This document shows, piece by piece, positions 1 through 12,233 of a DNA stretch of 64,000 nucleotides. The notes under the pieces were generated by a model, which did no database searches, was not told the DNA's origin, and saw nothing but the letters and a program-made list of their open reading frames with translations. This DNA is from Patellaria atrata CBS 101060 (lineage: Eukaryota), in assembly GCA_010093705.1 (NCBI GenBank), contig MU006093.1:65785-129784 (forward strand). The letters run 5' to 3'. Numbering within the stretch: position 1 is the first letter of the stretch; every line of letters starts with the position of its first letter. The position numbers and the translations under genes were made by a program.

Positions 1-678
1 ACTCGTCATATGCGGATTCAGTGCCTTTTCCATCTGATGCTTGCGGTATTCAACGGTTGTATCATTGCCCCTTTTATTAAGTGCTTCAAAATTGTTGAGC
101 TCTGTCTCTTCTTTCTCTTTGAAGCGTCTTGTGGAGGTGCTGAAAGGTCGTCGGGAAACAGAACAAAGTGCTCGCGATGAGCGAAGAGCAATTCGGACTG
201 AGGCCATGACTTGAATAGGTGGAGATTCTTGAGCAATAGGGATATTTAGATGAACTGATGTACTAATCTCAACTCTACTGTAGCTCAATTGGAATTTGAA
301 AGTATGAGTGAGATGATCTCATAGACCGCAAAAGTGCGCTAGAGCCAATCTCAAGCTCCTCTCCGCCAAGGCCATCATGACTCTCGATTTTTACGACTAT
401 AACTCATCCCTATTACAAAAACATCTACATTGGATACTAAGTGACTGTCACAGTCAATCCTCTAAGATGAACACAGTTTCAACACTGGAGAAATGGTTAT
501 TCGCAGTGACTCCCCACGTGCTCCCACAGCACGCATGTCGGAAAACGGCTTCTTACATATCAAAGGTTGACTCGTATCTCTAATAACAGCTGAATACTTA
601 TTATACTCGTAATATAAAGATACTTTCAATATTTGCCCAGATTCTGTACTTCCATTCAGTCTATTTAGTCCACTCCTG

Positions 679-1162
679 CATTCTTCCACCCGTCACATCT
701 GTTTGCGGAATGTACCTCCATACCGAATGGTTGGGACAAAGCATTGTGAGAAGTCGATACGCTTCCCCTCTTTCCACTATCAAACTCTCCATAAGTGAAC
801 TCTTTGCCGAAGTCTATTTTGAAATTTTAACTCTACGAGTTCCGAGTTCCTTCTCAATTTCAGGAACTACCCGCCGTTCATTTCGTACTCAAGAGCTGGG
901 ACACTGGGATATCTCAGATATCAAGAGAGCCGAAAAGATTTTCCACGCGTGTATATCACTCGTAGGAGTATTCCATTGGTGGTTGGGCTATACATTCCTC
1001 ATGAATTACTGCAAGCAGAATTCACAACCAGCCTCTCAAAGAAGGCATGGCTAAGTTCTTTCAATTCGGGTTTCTGTCGTGTGTAAAATGCCCCAACACT
1101 GAAAAGTTACCAATGTCTACCTCGTCGACGCTTACCCAGGTTGAATATCCCGATCACATTCC
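679..1162. promoter_or_regulatory. Putative AbaA response elements (CATTCY) and a WetA-response-like element upstream of wetA
   Basis: CATTCT 679-684, GGAATG 707-712 (reverse-strand CATTCC), CATTCC 993-998 and 1157-1162; CTGTTTGCGGA 699-709 matches CCGYTTGCGGC at 9/11. Confidence 0.5.
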
Positions 1163-1463
1163 GGGGTAGTCCTATACTTGGGCATTTCGAACTCAAGATG
1201 GCTGGTAATGCTATACCCAAGTCAGAGACATAAGTATATAATTCGTGACGCTTGTTTCTTTTCCCCATCTCGCATAGTCCCAAACCTTCCTGCATTGCAT
1301 TTGCATAGACGACCTGCACGTTCTCTGCAAGGTACTCTTTGAAATACTACCTACCGGAACACCCCCCACCCAGCCTTACAGAACTCTCACTCCACAGTAA
1401 CTCTACAGCCAATTGACTGTTTGTTTCCAATCGGTGGAAACAAACTCCAGTCTAGCCTATCCA

Positions 1464-3158
1464 ATGGCTTTACTAACCTCGCCGCCTAACTTCTCGATGC
1501 GGTCGTCTGACAAAGAGTACACAATTGACGAGCTCTTTGATCAGTACGTAGACATAGACCAATTCGATCTAAGCGATCAGGCGATGGAACCCAGCAGCTC
1601 CGACGATCTAAACAATCTCTTTGACTTCCCAGGCTCATCTAATGGCAGCGAAGGCCTCGAAACTTCGCCTATGCCAGACTGGGAAGCAAGGAACAACCAA
1701 CTAGAGGAGCCTTGGCAACAGCTCCTACATTACCTTCAGCAGGACGAAGCCTTGCCCCCTATCCAAGGCAAAAATCTTGTTTACCCTCAATCCTATGGTC
1801 GAGCGGTTGCTTCTGATCCTGAGATTTTCAGCCTCGGGACTTGCTCACCTCAAATACTTGATACTACACCGAGCTCCTCCCCCGCGTCACCTTCTCCCTC
1901 CGCAAGTCACCAGCGAAGGAAGATCACCACCACAATCAAAAACGCCATTCTTCGAAAAAACCTAACTCCGATTTTCAAGGCCGTGCGTCGAAGAAGCGTA
2001 TCACCAAGGATGATGCGGTCTTCACACTATCGTGAGGGTCAAAATACCATTTGGTCACGAAGAATGGAAGCAGCAGCCGATCAATTAAATCTTGACATCC
2101 CTCAAAAACGATTCCCAGACTCACCACCACCGTCAGGTAAACCGAGACACAACGGATTTAACAACGGTATCTCATCAAGCGGGCACGCAGTCAGCCTTCC
2201 ATCTGAACTGGTCCCGCTCGATGCAGGGTTAATATCCACCCCGGAATGTTTTTCACAGCTTCACAATTCAAATATGACACCATTAACGACTCCTGTTATG
2301 GAGCAAAGGCGGTTTTCGAGCAACGATTTTTTAGGAGCGTCATCGTCCAACAACTCGAGGTACCTGAACCTACCTGAAAATTCACAAAATGAGGCTCTTT
2401 CAGCCTTGCAAACCCCACCATCATCTACTCAACTACCAATGGCATCATGGGGGCAAGCTCCGAACGAATCACTCGATTTCACATTTCCAGCCTCGCCAAC
2501 CTTCAACGCCCCCAAATCACACCTTTGGTTTCTCACCAATGAACCCCCTCAGCCGAGCCAACCAAAGTACCATTCCTGTCCTCCCGACATGATGGCCCTG
2601 CCAATCGATACAATCACGTCTATAGACCTTGCGACTAATGGGCTCATGATCCAATGCGAACCTTCTGCTATCAGCAGCACGCGTATGTCGTCTTTTACAG
2701 CTTCGTCTCCACTATATTCCCCCGATACGTACCTTATCTCACCGCCGCTTATGAGCGGGCCGATGATGCCGATGCAGCATCACAGAAGCCATTCACAACT
2801 ATCTCCGCCCCCTCGTTCACCTTCAGCATCGCCGCCTCCGATATCGAGTCGGTCCCGTCGCGAGTCGTCGATGAAGCGGCGTAGCTTGCAACATCACCGC
2901 CGGAAGAGTGTTGCCTCGCATGGTGACTCCTCCGCCCATAGAGGTGGGAGTGGTGTGGGATTCGTCAACTTCACGCCGGAAGATAGCAAGAAGATCCTTA
3001 CTGGTGTTGCCCCGAGTGGCAGCTCGAAGACGAAGGCAAGGAGGGAGAAAGAGGCCGCGGAGAGGAGGAGGAAGATGAGTGAGGCGGCGAGGAAGGCTAT
3101 CATTGCCGCTGGAGGAGATCCGGGCACGTTGGAACGGGAGGGGTTATTGACCTCGTAA
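1464..3158 (+). CDS. wetA: Developmental regulator WetA (spore maturation transcription factor), intronless
   Basis: N-terminal DELFDQYV motif; Ser/Pro-rich middle; C-terminal ESC1/WetA domain GFVNFTPEDSKKILTGVAPSGSSKTKARREKEA; first in-frame ATG at 1464. Confidence 0.93.
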   Translation: MALLTSPPNFSMRSSDKEYTIDELFDQYVDIDQFDLSDQAMEPSSSDDLNNLFDFPGSSNGSEGLETSPMPDWEARNNQLEEPWQQLLHYLQQDEALPPIQGKNLVYPQSYGRAVASDPEIFSLGTCSPQILDTTPSSSPASPSPSASHQRRKITTTIKNAILRKNLTPIFKAVRRRSVSPRMMRSSHYREGQNTIWSRRMEAAADQLNLDIPQKRFPDSPPPSGKPRHNGFNNGISSSGHAVSLPSELVPLDAGLISTPECFSQLHNSNMTPLTTPVMEQRRFSSNDFLGASSSNNSRYLNLPENSQNEALSALQTPPSSTQLPMASWGQAPNESLDFTFPASPTFNAPKSHLWFLTNEPPQPSQPKYHSCPPDMMALPIDTITSIDLATNGLMIQCEPSAISSTRMSSFTASSPLYSPDTYLISPPLMSGPMMPMQHHRSHSQLSPPPRSPSASPPPISSRSRRESSMKRRSLQHHRRKSVASHGDSSAHRGGSGVGFVNFTPEDSKKILTGVAPSGSSKTKARREKEAAERRRKMSEAARKAIIAAGGDPGTLEREGLLTS

Positions 3159-5087
3159 TAGTCTTAAAAGGATGGAAGTTGGATCTGATGCGAATGAAGT
3201 AGTATATGATTCGTGTGTTTTTGTGCCTAAGGGGTGGGTTCATTTGTCTCTCCTAAATAGTACCGGTATCTTCACTTTAAGAACAAAATTTCTAATCCGT
3301 TCCATGTTATATTCCCCTTTTCGTGTTTCCTTTGCTGATATCTTGGGGGCTGTATGTAACCTACGAGTAATCGATATGAGAAGTATCCATTTTTTCTGCA
3401 TATCTCCACGACTCTGCAGCAATGTGAAACTGGAAAGAGTTACATGCATGTGACCCCACCTGATACAGTATGGTCCCTCACCAGAACCACGATCAAAAGT
3501 ACCGGAACCGAACAGTATAATCGCGAACTGGAGAAATTTACTCGTTGGTAAAAGATTCACCGTTAGAAAATCACTTTCCCGTACGAAATCACCTACCTCG
3601 TACAAAAACTATAAAACCCCCTCGACCGCACGTATCCACCCAGCCGTACAAATTTCCCGTGTATCGTATATACAACCTAGACTCGCACAGCTATCTGAAT
3701 TTCAGGAGGGAGGTTATCGTATACGGTCTAGTACAGCCCAAACCTTAGCGACACGAAATATGACATATCTCAAGGTTCCACGAGAGCGTACCGGCGAAGG
3801 GCGCTGCTACCTCACCTTGACCCTTTTGTACGACCTAGAGAGGTGGCTTCGGAGGGTGAGGATAGGAGGGGACAGGTGATTTCTATGGAGTCTGTTCGTA
3901 TAGATGGAATATGAATAGGGAATAGACAATAGGAATAAGGATTGCGTAGTAGTTCATAGGCGATAGGTAAGACCCTACCATAAAGATCAATCTCGTGAAT
4001 AAGAAATGCCAATCCACGATATCAAAACCTTACAGCCGAACTCGGCATCCATATCAAACTTTTTGCCTGAAGTGGGTCAGTTTAGCAACTATCTGACACC
4101 GCCATTCCTATGGTACTTACAGTACAGTATACTACAGCACACCGTGCTACAGCCCACTTCAACCTCCATCCCCTCTAGATCCACCCTTCGCAGTCTAATC
4201 ACAGTACACTTACAGTCTCTCTTCTGACCCTTAAGGTCATTTATATAGTCCAGTTGCGTGTAAAGGGGATCCAAAATGGGATACAAGGGTAAGTTATGGA
4301 TATTTTACAATAGGTGAAAATAGCGCACTGTGTAGGATAAGGAGAGGAAGTATACTGAAACTAGAGATGATACATCCCATACAAAGTGTTCATAAGGTAT
4401 GGCGAGGTCATCGTAAGGAGACAATTGCGAATGGTGGCAGAGGATTTAAAGTGAACATGCACTCCTCCACTATGAGAGTGTCACGTCGGCTTACCTGAGA
4501 CACTTGATAATAAACCCGGAAAGGAGGGTGAAGAGAGGGTACAATGTATCAATGTTTATGCTCACATCACATTACATCAGCCAAATACTTCTACCAAAGT
4601 CATTGAAAGCCTATTGAATTATCAATCATACAAGAATCCCACATCATTACCACGCATAAAGCAAATCAAACTCGACTCAAAACTAAAAGGAAATCCCTTA
4701 ACGAGTGCCCAGGAGCGCCGCTCCCTCAAGATCATGCCGCTCCCGATAATCCCATTACCTATCCAACTTCGCCCATCTTGGTAAATTGATTGATTCGCCG
4801 GAAAAATCAAGGTAGGAGGGAGGCTAAATGGATAGGTAAATGAAAGGGAGGAGAGAAGAAGCAGAAAACGCCGAGACAAACCAGCGTTTGAGACAAACAG
4901 TAGAGAGGAGAGAAATCTGGCAAGACTGTCTGGATCCCCCCTTGACATCTTCCCCGTTAGAGAGGCGGTCCGACTGGAATGGATGTGGCTTTCCGACTAT
5001 ACCTTCTTACCGTGCTTGGACATATTCTTTTCGTACTGATACTGAACCCCAGATTTGAGTAGAAACACTCAAACGATCGCATGCTCT

Positions 5088-8000
5088 TCAAATGAACTCC
5101 TCATCACTGGCACCGAGAACATCGTACTCCTCATCTGTGGCAAAACCCTCATCATCAGAGCTATCAGCTTCTGTGATTTCAATACTCTCGGCATCTTCAA
5201 AGAGGTCAACGTCGCTAGTAGCGCTGGAAGCGACGGGTTCATGAATGCTAGCAACGGGGCTCTCTTTCTCGAGTTGAGGGAAGATCATGGTGGAACCCTC
5301 GGAGACGACCTCTTTTTCTTCATCGGCATCCTCTACCCTGGGTTGCTTCTCGGCTGATACTTGTTCGACCTTATGGGTAGGTTCCTCGGGAGCTTTCTTG
5401 GCTTCTAAAGCCTCAATCTTTTTCTCGGTTCGGTCTAGGTTCTCGAGAACAGTGTCAAGCACAGCATTAGTGTCTATCGCCTGCTTGGTGGCTTCCACAT
5501 TTTGTTGGCTAAGAAGTTCTAGACGCGCACGTAGACCTGCAAGGGTGCTTTCGGTGGGCTTCTCTAGGAGTGACTGGACTGGCTTATGGTCTTCTAATGC
5601 AACCTTAGTCGTCTCGACGGGGTCGACGACCGGGTTAGAACGAGGGGACACATCAATGTGGCACCACAAGCGGTGGCCGAAAGGAGTTCCATCCGAAGCC
5701 TTAAGACGCCAGTACGAAATTGATGTTCCTGGACGCATGGGTGACTTCATGCGGACACCAAAATCACATTCTTCACCTGCCTTAACTTCACGGCCTATCA
5801 CATTACTTTCAGTTGCTTCAGCAATGTCGGTGGCGCTGGATGGATGAAGGGGATCAAGGTTAAGCATATTGTCGCCTCCAACATAACGCACACTGCAGCC
5901 AGCAGGCCAGGTGTGAGGACCGGGGTTGCGGAGAGTCCAGACTTGGGTAAAGACCTCATCTGATCGCATCTTGGTACCATCGGCAACGGTATCGCGGATA
6001 TAGTGAGCATTGAGTTCGGAGAAGTGGGGTTTGCTTGACTTCGTGCTCACAGATTTCGGTGGTGAGTGTTCAGCCTTCACTTGTAGAGGGATTTGAACTG
6101 ATTCCGGAATGGGTGCGTTAAGAAGGTCTTGTACTTTTATCTTCTCTTGGATTGGCTCAGCCAACAGATCCTTGATCTGGATCTTTTCTTTGTTGGGCTT
6201 CACAGGAGACTCCTCAGTAGGTTTGAGGTCAACGATAGTCTGAACTTGTGTAGCAGCATTTGCCGACTGAGTAGGTGCTGTCTCGGTAGACATGGATCTC
6301 CTTTGAGGTTGATCACCCATCGTGGCCATCGGAGAGCCATTTTGAGCCTCGCCAAGGGTCGTCACACTTACATTGCGTACTGGGGTCTTGAACTTGATGA
6401 GAGGATGAGTGCGGTTGTGCTTATTCTGGGGGCTAGCCTCGCAATTGGCACAGAAGTCTGTGTCGTGACAAACAGCACACTTGTAGCGGGTCCCTTCAAT
6501 ATACTGATTGGGCCTGTTCTTACAAAGTGGTCCATCGCAGAAGATACCTCTGTGCGTAGGCATCGACCCACGCCGATGGTCTGGAAGCGGCTCGTACACC
6601 GGTACGAAGCGGTGGTGAGGATGAATATACTTGGCATTTTTGATGCAGGCGCAGCAGTAATCCCAATCTGGGCAGTTGAGGCATTTGTGACGAACGCCGT
6701 ATATATACTTATCGCATCCGTCGCAGAGAGCAGCGTGCTTGACGTTGCGTCCAGGGGCACAGAGTGCTTCCGCAACTGAACTAACGACAGTGTCAGCAGT
6801 GGCAGGTTTGAAACCGTGGCCTGGATGATGGCCGTGCTTGCGCTCAATATGGCATGGAACACAGAGGTCGTAATCCTCGCAAGCAATGCATGTAACGAAT
6901 TGGTTTTCCGGGAGAACTGCAGAGAGCGATTAGCTTTGCAAGCATTCAGTGTAGATTGTGGGATACTAACCCTTGACACAAGAATTGCAGGTGCGAGTAG
7001 GGACCGCTTCGGCTTTCTTCTCTTCGCTGGTGAATGCACCGGGCATCTCCTTTTCTGTTACCTCATGTTGCTTTGGTTTAGGAGCTATGCGTTCAGTAGT
7101 GCTGTTGATAACGTTGCCGTTCTTGACGAAACGCTTAATAAGCCAGTGGCCCTCACCGGGGCAATGGGTTCCCGCCTCGACACAAGCTCTGCAAAGATCA
7201 TAGTCACCATCATCGCAAATACTGCAATGATAGTGTTCGTTCATCATAGGGCGATCACATGAATTACAATACACTGACCAAGAAGACATCTGTGGAGCAG
7301 GATGAGGGGCACCCTTCATGCGAATTGCAAGTTCACGTTCCTTGGATAGGTTGGCGAGCTCTGTAAAGAAGTCTGCGAAGGTGACTATCAGTACAAGTAC
7401 AGGGTCAGTAAGATATGGGGGATATTTGCGCTTACTATCACGAGCGGTGAATGGGCGGGGGGTTGGAGCCTCGTCACCGCTACCGAACTTAGGCTCGGCT
7501 GTTGGGGGTTCACGTGTTTTGACGGTAGTCTGGGACGTCAGATTCTCGACTGTCTTGCTAAGATCCCGGAGTTCCTTCATTGACTTGTTGAAAGCTGCCA
7601 ACGGGTGTTGAGGATATGGTCCGCGGGGAAGGTTGGTGGTGGAACTGGAACAAAGCGGAATTCGCTGGGTGTATGGTGGGACCTGAGCGGGACCGGTCGA
7701 GGTGCGTGGTGTAGAGGAAACAATGGGGGGAGGTGTAGCATTTTCAGCAAGCTTCTCAGTTGGCTGAGGAGTTGGAGATGGAATGCTAGCAGGACTTGAA
7801 TCACTTGATGGGAGTGTTGCTCGTAGGCGGAGCTTCAGCTTGGCCTTGGCTGCACGGAACAAGGTCTTGAAGACCTGCGGATTCTCCGGATCGAGAACAA
7901 TATATGCACCTGCGCTATCGGAAAACCGTTCGAATACGACATACTGGTTCGCTGGGATGGAAAGTAAATGTCGAAGCTACAGTCGAAAAGACAACACACG

Positions 8001-8175
8001 TTAGTCCGAGCTCCAGCCTAGCTTGACGATGGGAGGAGTTGAGTTGACGTACCTTATCGGGGAGAACGTTCGCACCGAGATCTTTCAAAGGGATCTTGAA
8101 CTTCCTGTTGCAGCCCTGGATAGAGATCTTTACGGTAATCAAAGTCTCAGGACCGACAGGCACGTTGGTCGCCAT
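5088..8175 (-). CDS. NBR1: NBR1-like selective autophagy receptor (PB1-like, four ZZ zinc fingers, FW domain, C-terminal AIM), multi-exon
   Basis: N-terminal ITVKISIQGCNRKFKIPL; ZZ motifs CNSCD..HCSICDDGDYDLC, CNSC..CIACEDYDLC, CDGCD..KCLNCPDWDYC, CDGPLC..KCAVCHDTDFC; FW domain QVWTLRNPG..WP..SYWRL..GTPFGHRLW; acidic tail with EEYDVL; GT-AG introns near 7980-8051, 7373-7435 and 6920-6970. Confidence 0.88.
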
Positions 8176-8359
8176 GTTTGCTGAAGGCAACCTGGAGGCG
8201 ACGTCAGCGGTTAGACGGAGTCAGGACTACAGTTGTCCGACGGCTACGATATCGCAATAAAGCGCCAACAGACTGAGAGTTGATAAAGGATGCGAATATG
8301 AAGGAGGTTGAAGGTGAGGAGATAAAGAAGAGGAGAAGAAAGAAGTGAGAAATGAGGGA

Positions 8360-8362
8360 GGA

Positions 8363-8403
<41 letters not shown>
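8360..8403. repeat. (GA)n/(TC)n microsatellite in the NBR1 5' region
   Basis: About 20 GA units with one interruption. Confidence 0.95.
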
Positions 8404-8407
<4 letters not shown>

Positions 8408-9262
8408 TTGGTTCAAGCTGCTGTGGGGTATAACCTGGAGCCTAGCAGCAGTGCAGCCCAGGGTACGAATGGGATCTGCTGGACCGTGGACAGCGTCGGT
8501 GAAGCTTCACACTCACAACAGCTAAACCCTTTCCATTACACCTTTAGCATCAATCATCATGCTCACTTTACCAACTTTACCGCCTCTGTATTTAAACAAA
8601 CCCCTTAACTCATCTTATATCACATGCACCGATAATGTCACCATTTCTGTCAAACTAGCCTTTCGGTGGTCACGTGAAAGCTTCACCGTTAATCTGTACG
8701 TGTTACGAACACTTTTCATCCGAGATCTGCGCTTTGACCGGACGGTCAGAATAAAAACACGGAGACTCCATACCATGCATTAAAATATGCAAAAATAGTC
8801 TCTTCTGCCCAAAGATTTGGGTCAGGGTTTGATATTGAGGGTCTATTTCTAACAGTGAGATACTCAGTGGCGCGAATGTACTCATCGCCAATCCGAGTGC
8901 CCCATTCCCGTGCCTGTAGTTTAATGATGGCCCTCATGATACATACAGAGCAAAGTCGCCAGGGAAGAAAGAGCACGAATAAGAAGGTAAGAGGGGCATC
9001 TTTTGAAGAAAAAACATTTAGAATAAAACACTTGGGTGCATGAATGAAGCCCACGGATTAAAAATGTGATGAGCCATCGCAAACTCACAAAAGGATGAAA
9101 ATAAACACGCTGGGAATCATAAAATGTGCTCGCCTGCTTTACTGAAAAACACCAAAAAGAGCTTACCAGTGGAGATAAACTGCAGAAAAAAAAAAAAAAA
9201 AGGAAAAGAAGAAAAAGACCCTGCTGCAAACCTCATCCGCACCGCTCAAAATAGTGCTCTTT

Positions 9263-11491
9263 TTACTGCTGCTGATAGTAGACCGTACCTCCAACTTGAG
9301 GATAATAATATCCATCGGGAGTAGGTGTCATCATTCCACCCATACCAGGCACCGTATAATTTGCTGGAGCAAAACCTTCCATCGGTGGCTGGTATAACTG
9401 TAACGGATCGTAATAATATACCATCCCATTCGCCTCCTGTGCCACCATATTCGGCTGTCCAGGTGCTGAAGTCGGTGCAGGCGCTTGAACTGGCGCTGCA
9501 ACAGGAGCAGGTACCATATACGTCCCTTGTGGAGGAGCTTGAACGAACACCGGCGCCAGAACTGTCCCGGCAGGCAAGCCATTCGAAAACTGAGGAGTTG
9601 CTCCATTCGCTGTTGGATAGAAATATGGTTGAGGGGCAAATGCTTGCGGCTGCATCCCCGGTTGGGCTTGGAAAGGTTGAAAGGGCTGTGCATGGATCGC
9701 TCGCTCCGGAATGTTCGATAAAGGTGTGCCGCCTGATGCTTGACTAGGGTACGAAAGTTGTCTCGAGTGCGGATAGAAGGTCGATGGATCAACAGGCGGT
9801 TGCCCGTTCATATGTTGCGGCACCTGTTGATGGAAAGGTTGCTGCTCCTGCTGTTGTGGAGCATGAACTGCGAGTGCCGGGGACTCGATACCGGTCACGG
9901 ATATTGCTTTTTGTGGTTTCGGTTGATGCATTGTAATGCTTCCTGGCCAGTTCTCTCTGAATGTCGGTTTCTGCGGTAACGGGTATGATGGGGGTTGTTG
10001 CATTGTATTGGGTGTGCTTGTGATTGGCATATGGACGGGTTGGTGCGGCGGTCCCATCGGTGGTCCCATCGGTGGTCCCATCGGCGGGCCCATCTGTCCA
10101 TGGTGACTCCCCGGTGGTAGTCTTACAATGGGTTTGCCAATATCAACAGCTGCTCCTGGTGCTCGGGACATGACTGACCCTGCTGGTGATACTAAGCCGT
10201 CCCGATGATCCCGTACTATCGATGATCTTCGACTCATGGCAACACTTGGAGAGTAAACACTACCACCGTACGCGCTAGTACGGCGACTAGAGAAGCCACC
10301 GTAAGAACCAAAACCACGTGGCCTTCCCCTTCCAAATCCTTGTTGATTCGGCCTTAACGCACGAGGTATAAAAATAAAAGAACGCTCTGTCGCTGGAAAT
10401 ATATATCGAGGTGGTTGGTCAGGTAAAGATATTCGTACAGGTTTATCTCGACGTAGAGGTGGACGGTGGTTGGGAAGACGTGTATGTTGTTTGATGGGAA
10501 CTCCGGAAAAGGTGATTGGCGCCTTCATGCCTGGTAATGAGACACGTAACGTGACATTCCCGAGTTGTGTGGTCTTCGAGAAGGAGCGTACCGGAGGTAT
10601 AGGTTTAGAGGCAGGTGGGGTGAATCTCGAAGGTTGGTTGTTGCTCTGAGGGAGCGCTCCTGAAGTAGTCTGACTATTCGGTTCGGGTTCAGGCTTCAAC
10701 GGTTCATTTATAGTGTCGTGCAGATCATGAGCCCACGGAGTGCTGATAGCTTCAGCTGCCTGTATCGTAAGACTAGAAAGACATCAGTATCCCACAATAT
10801 CGAGCTCAACCTGTATAATCATAACTTACCTCCCGGGTGCAAATGGCCCACCAACAGCCCCTCTACCCCGACCGCGCCCTCTACCATATGGTCGAAAACC
10901 ATTTTGCCCTGGACCATCGGTTCTATGATCGTGCATGAAGAAGTTTCCACGATTAGGAATAAATGCTGGATCTTGGTCCCTTCTTTTCTTGTACTCCTCA
11001 TGTTCACGCCGCTTTCTGTCCGGTAGTATTTCCTGTTTATTGCCCGTTTGAGAATTGCCCGACTCTTCTGATCGCCTGATTTCAGAATCTTGTCCAGTCG
11101 ATTCAAAGTCAATGACATTATCCGCATCAGAGGCTTTCGGTATATTCATTCCGTTCAGCAATGCCTCTGTATCCGCCACCGTCGTGAAAACTGGCTCAGT
11201 CCGGGGTTCCTGGGAGGCTATTGTAGGGGGAAGTAATTTCTGGTGTCTATTTGATGTCCTTGATAGCCCATTCGACCTCTTTCTTGATTTTACAGCAGCA
11301 GTAGCATCCGGCATATCGTTCTCACTGAGCTCACTATCATCAGCATCCCCATCGGCATCAACGTCACTGGGGATGGACGCTTCGCTTTGGGAGTCATCTG
11401 CAACTCCACTTATTACGGACCCGTCCTCTTCCCCTTCATCCTCCACACGTCGCCGACGTCTGAGTAAGTCCCGTCGATGAACGGTTGGCAT
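9263..11491 (-). CDS. CASC3/Barentsz (Btz) eIF4AIII-binding domain protein, two exons (intron 10773-10829)
   Basis: DPAFIPNRGNFFMHDHR, RGRGRG, and PWAHDLH after splicing; Pro/Gln-rich C-terminus with conserved HRPPLRRDKPVRISLP and YIFP..RSFIFIPRA blocks. Confidence 0.82.
10051..10093. repeat. 12-bp coding tandem repeat encoding (GPPM)n
   Basis: GGTCCCATCGGT units inside the Btz CDS. Confidence 0.85.
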
Positions 11492-12233
11492 TTTGTGGTG
11501 AACTGGGAAGGAGGAAGGGTGATGTAATGCGCCTGGGGGATTGACGAAACCGACGTGGAGGCCTAGAATCGTTGCGTAGAGACAGCAGCACGATGGGAAT
11601 GGAGCAAGTTGTCCAACTTGATAGATTCAAGTAATAATCTGATGCCGAAGAGACCGTCGAGGGGAGAACTGCTGGTTGATTTCAAATGTGATATTGAGCG
11701 CTCACTGCCTAGGGAAAAATGGAAGATCATGAAAGCGCCAAGCCAGATACTGATTACATGCGCTCAGTGAACACGCTGTACACCTGCACCGTAGCCGACC
11801 TTAAAACAAATCAATGTTTACTATTTACCCTAGAGATAATTCACTAGAGTTGCCATAAGGATAAGGCGTATTTTGCTGTTTGAGAGTGTTGTATCAATTT
11901 CTGTTCTCTGTACAGACTGTTTGCGATAGGCTTCAGTGGCGCCCTACAGACACGTCGTCGACAGGGGTATCTGCAGCCTGAGAAACAGAACAACCCCTTG
12001 AAATTGCGAGGTTGGCCCAATACCTGGGGTTTTATATCCAGATTTCAAGATATAATATGACCTGTACGATTCAATCTCACAATATTCTACTATATCCTTG
12101 GTAGTGGACAACTTCGAAATGTGATCGACGCAAGCCATTCACAACGCACAGGCATTCAACATTTGTCGATGTGATCGAATTACAGACATGACCTCGTCTA
12201 GTAATTCTGTTCGTGTATGATTGTACAGCAACT

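Noticed and set aside
18..1319. Short ORFs upstream of wetA
   Set aside because: No recognizable domains; the region looks like a long promoter or 5' UTR.
5055..7262. Long antisense and alternate-frame ORFs over NBR1 (also over RRP4, SNU23, TOP2)
   Set aside because: Shadow ORFs produced by codon bias of the real genes.
8669..8677. GTCACGTGA E-box upstream of NBR1 (CACGTG also near 14878 and 15755)
   Set aside because: Single common motif; not enough to assign a regulator.
9186..9216. Poly-A tract as a retroelement tail
   Set aside because: It lies in the Btz 3' UTR as poly-U on the sense strand; no target-site duplication or element body.
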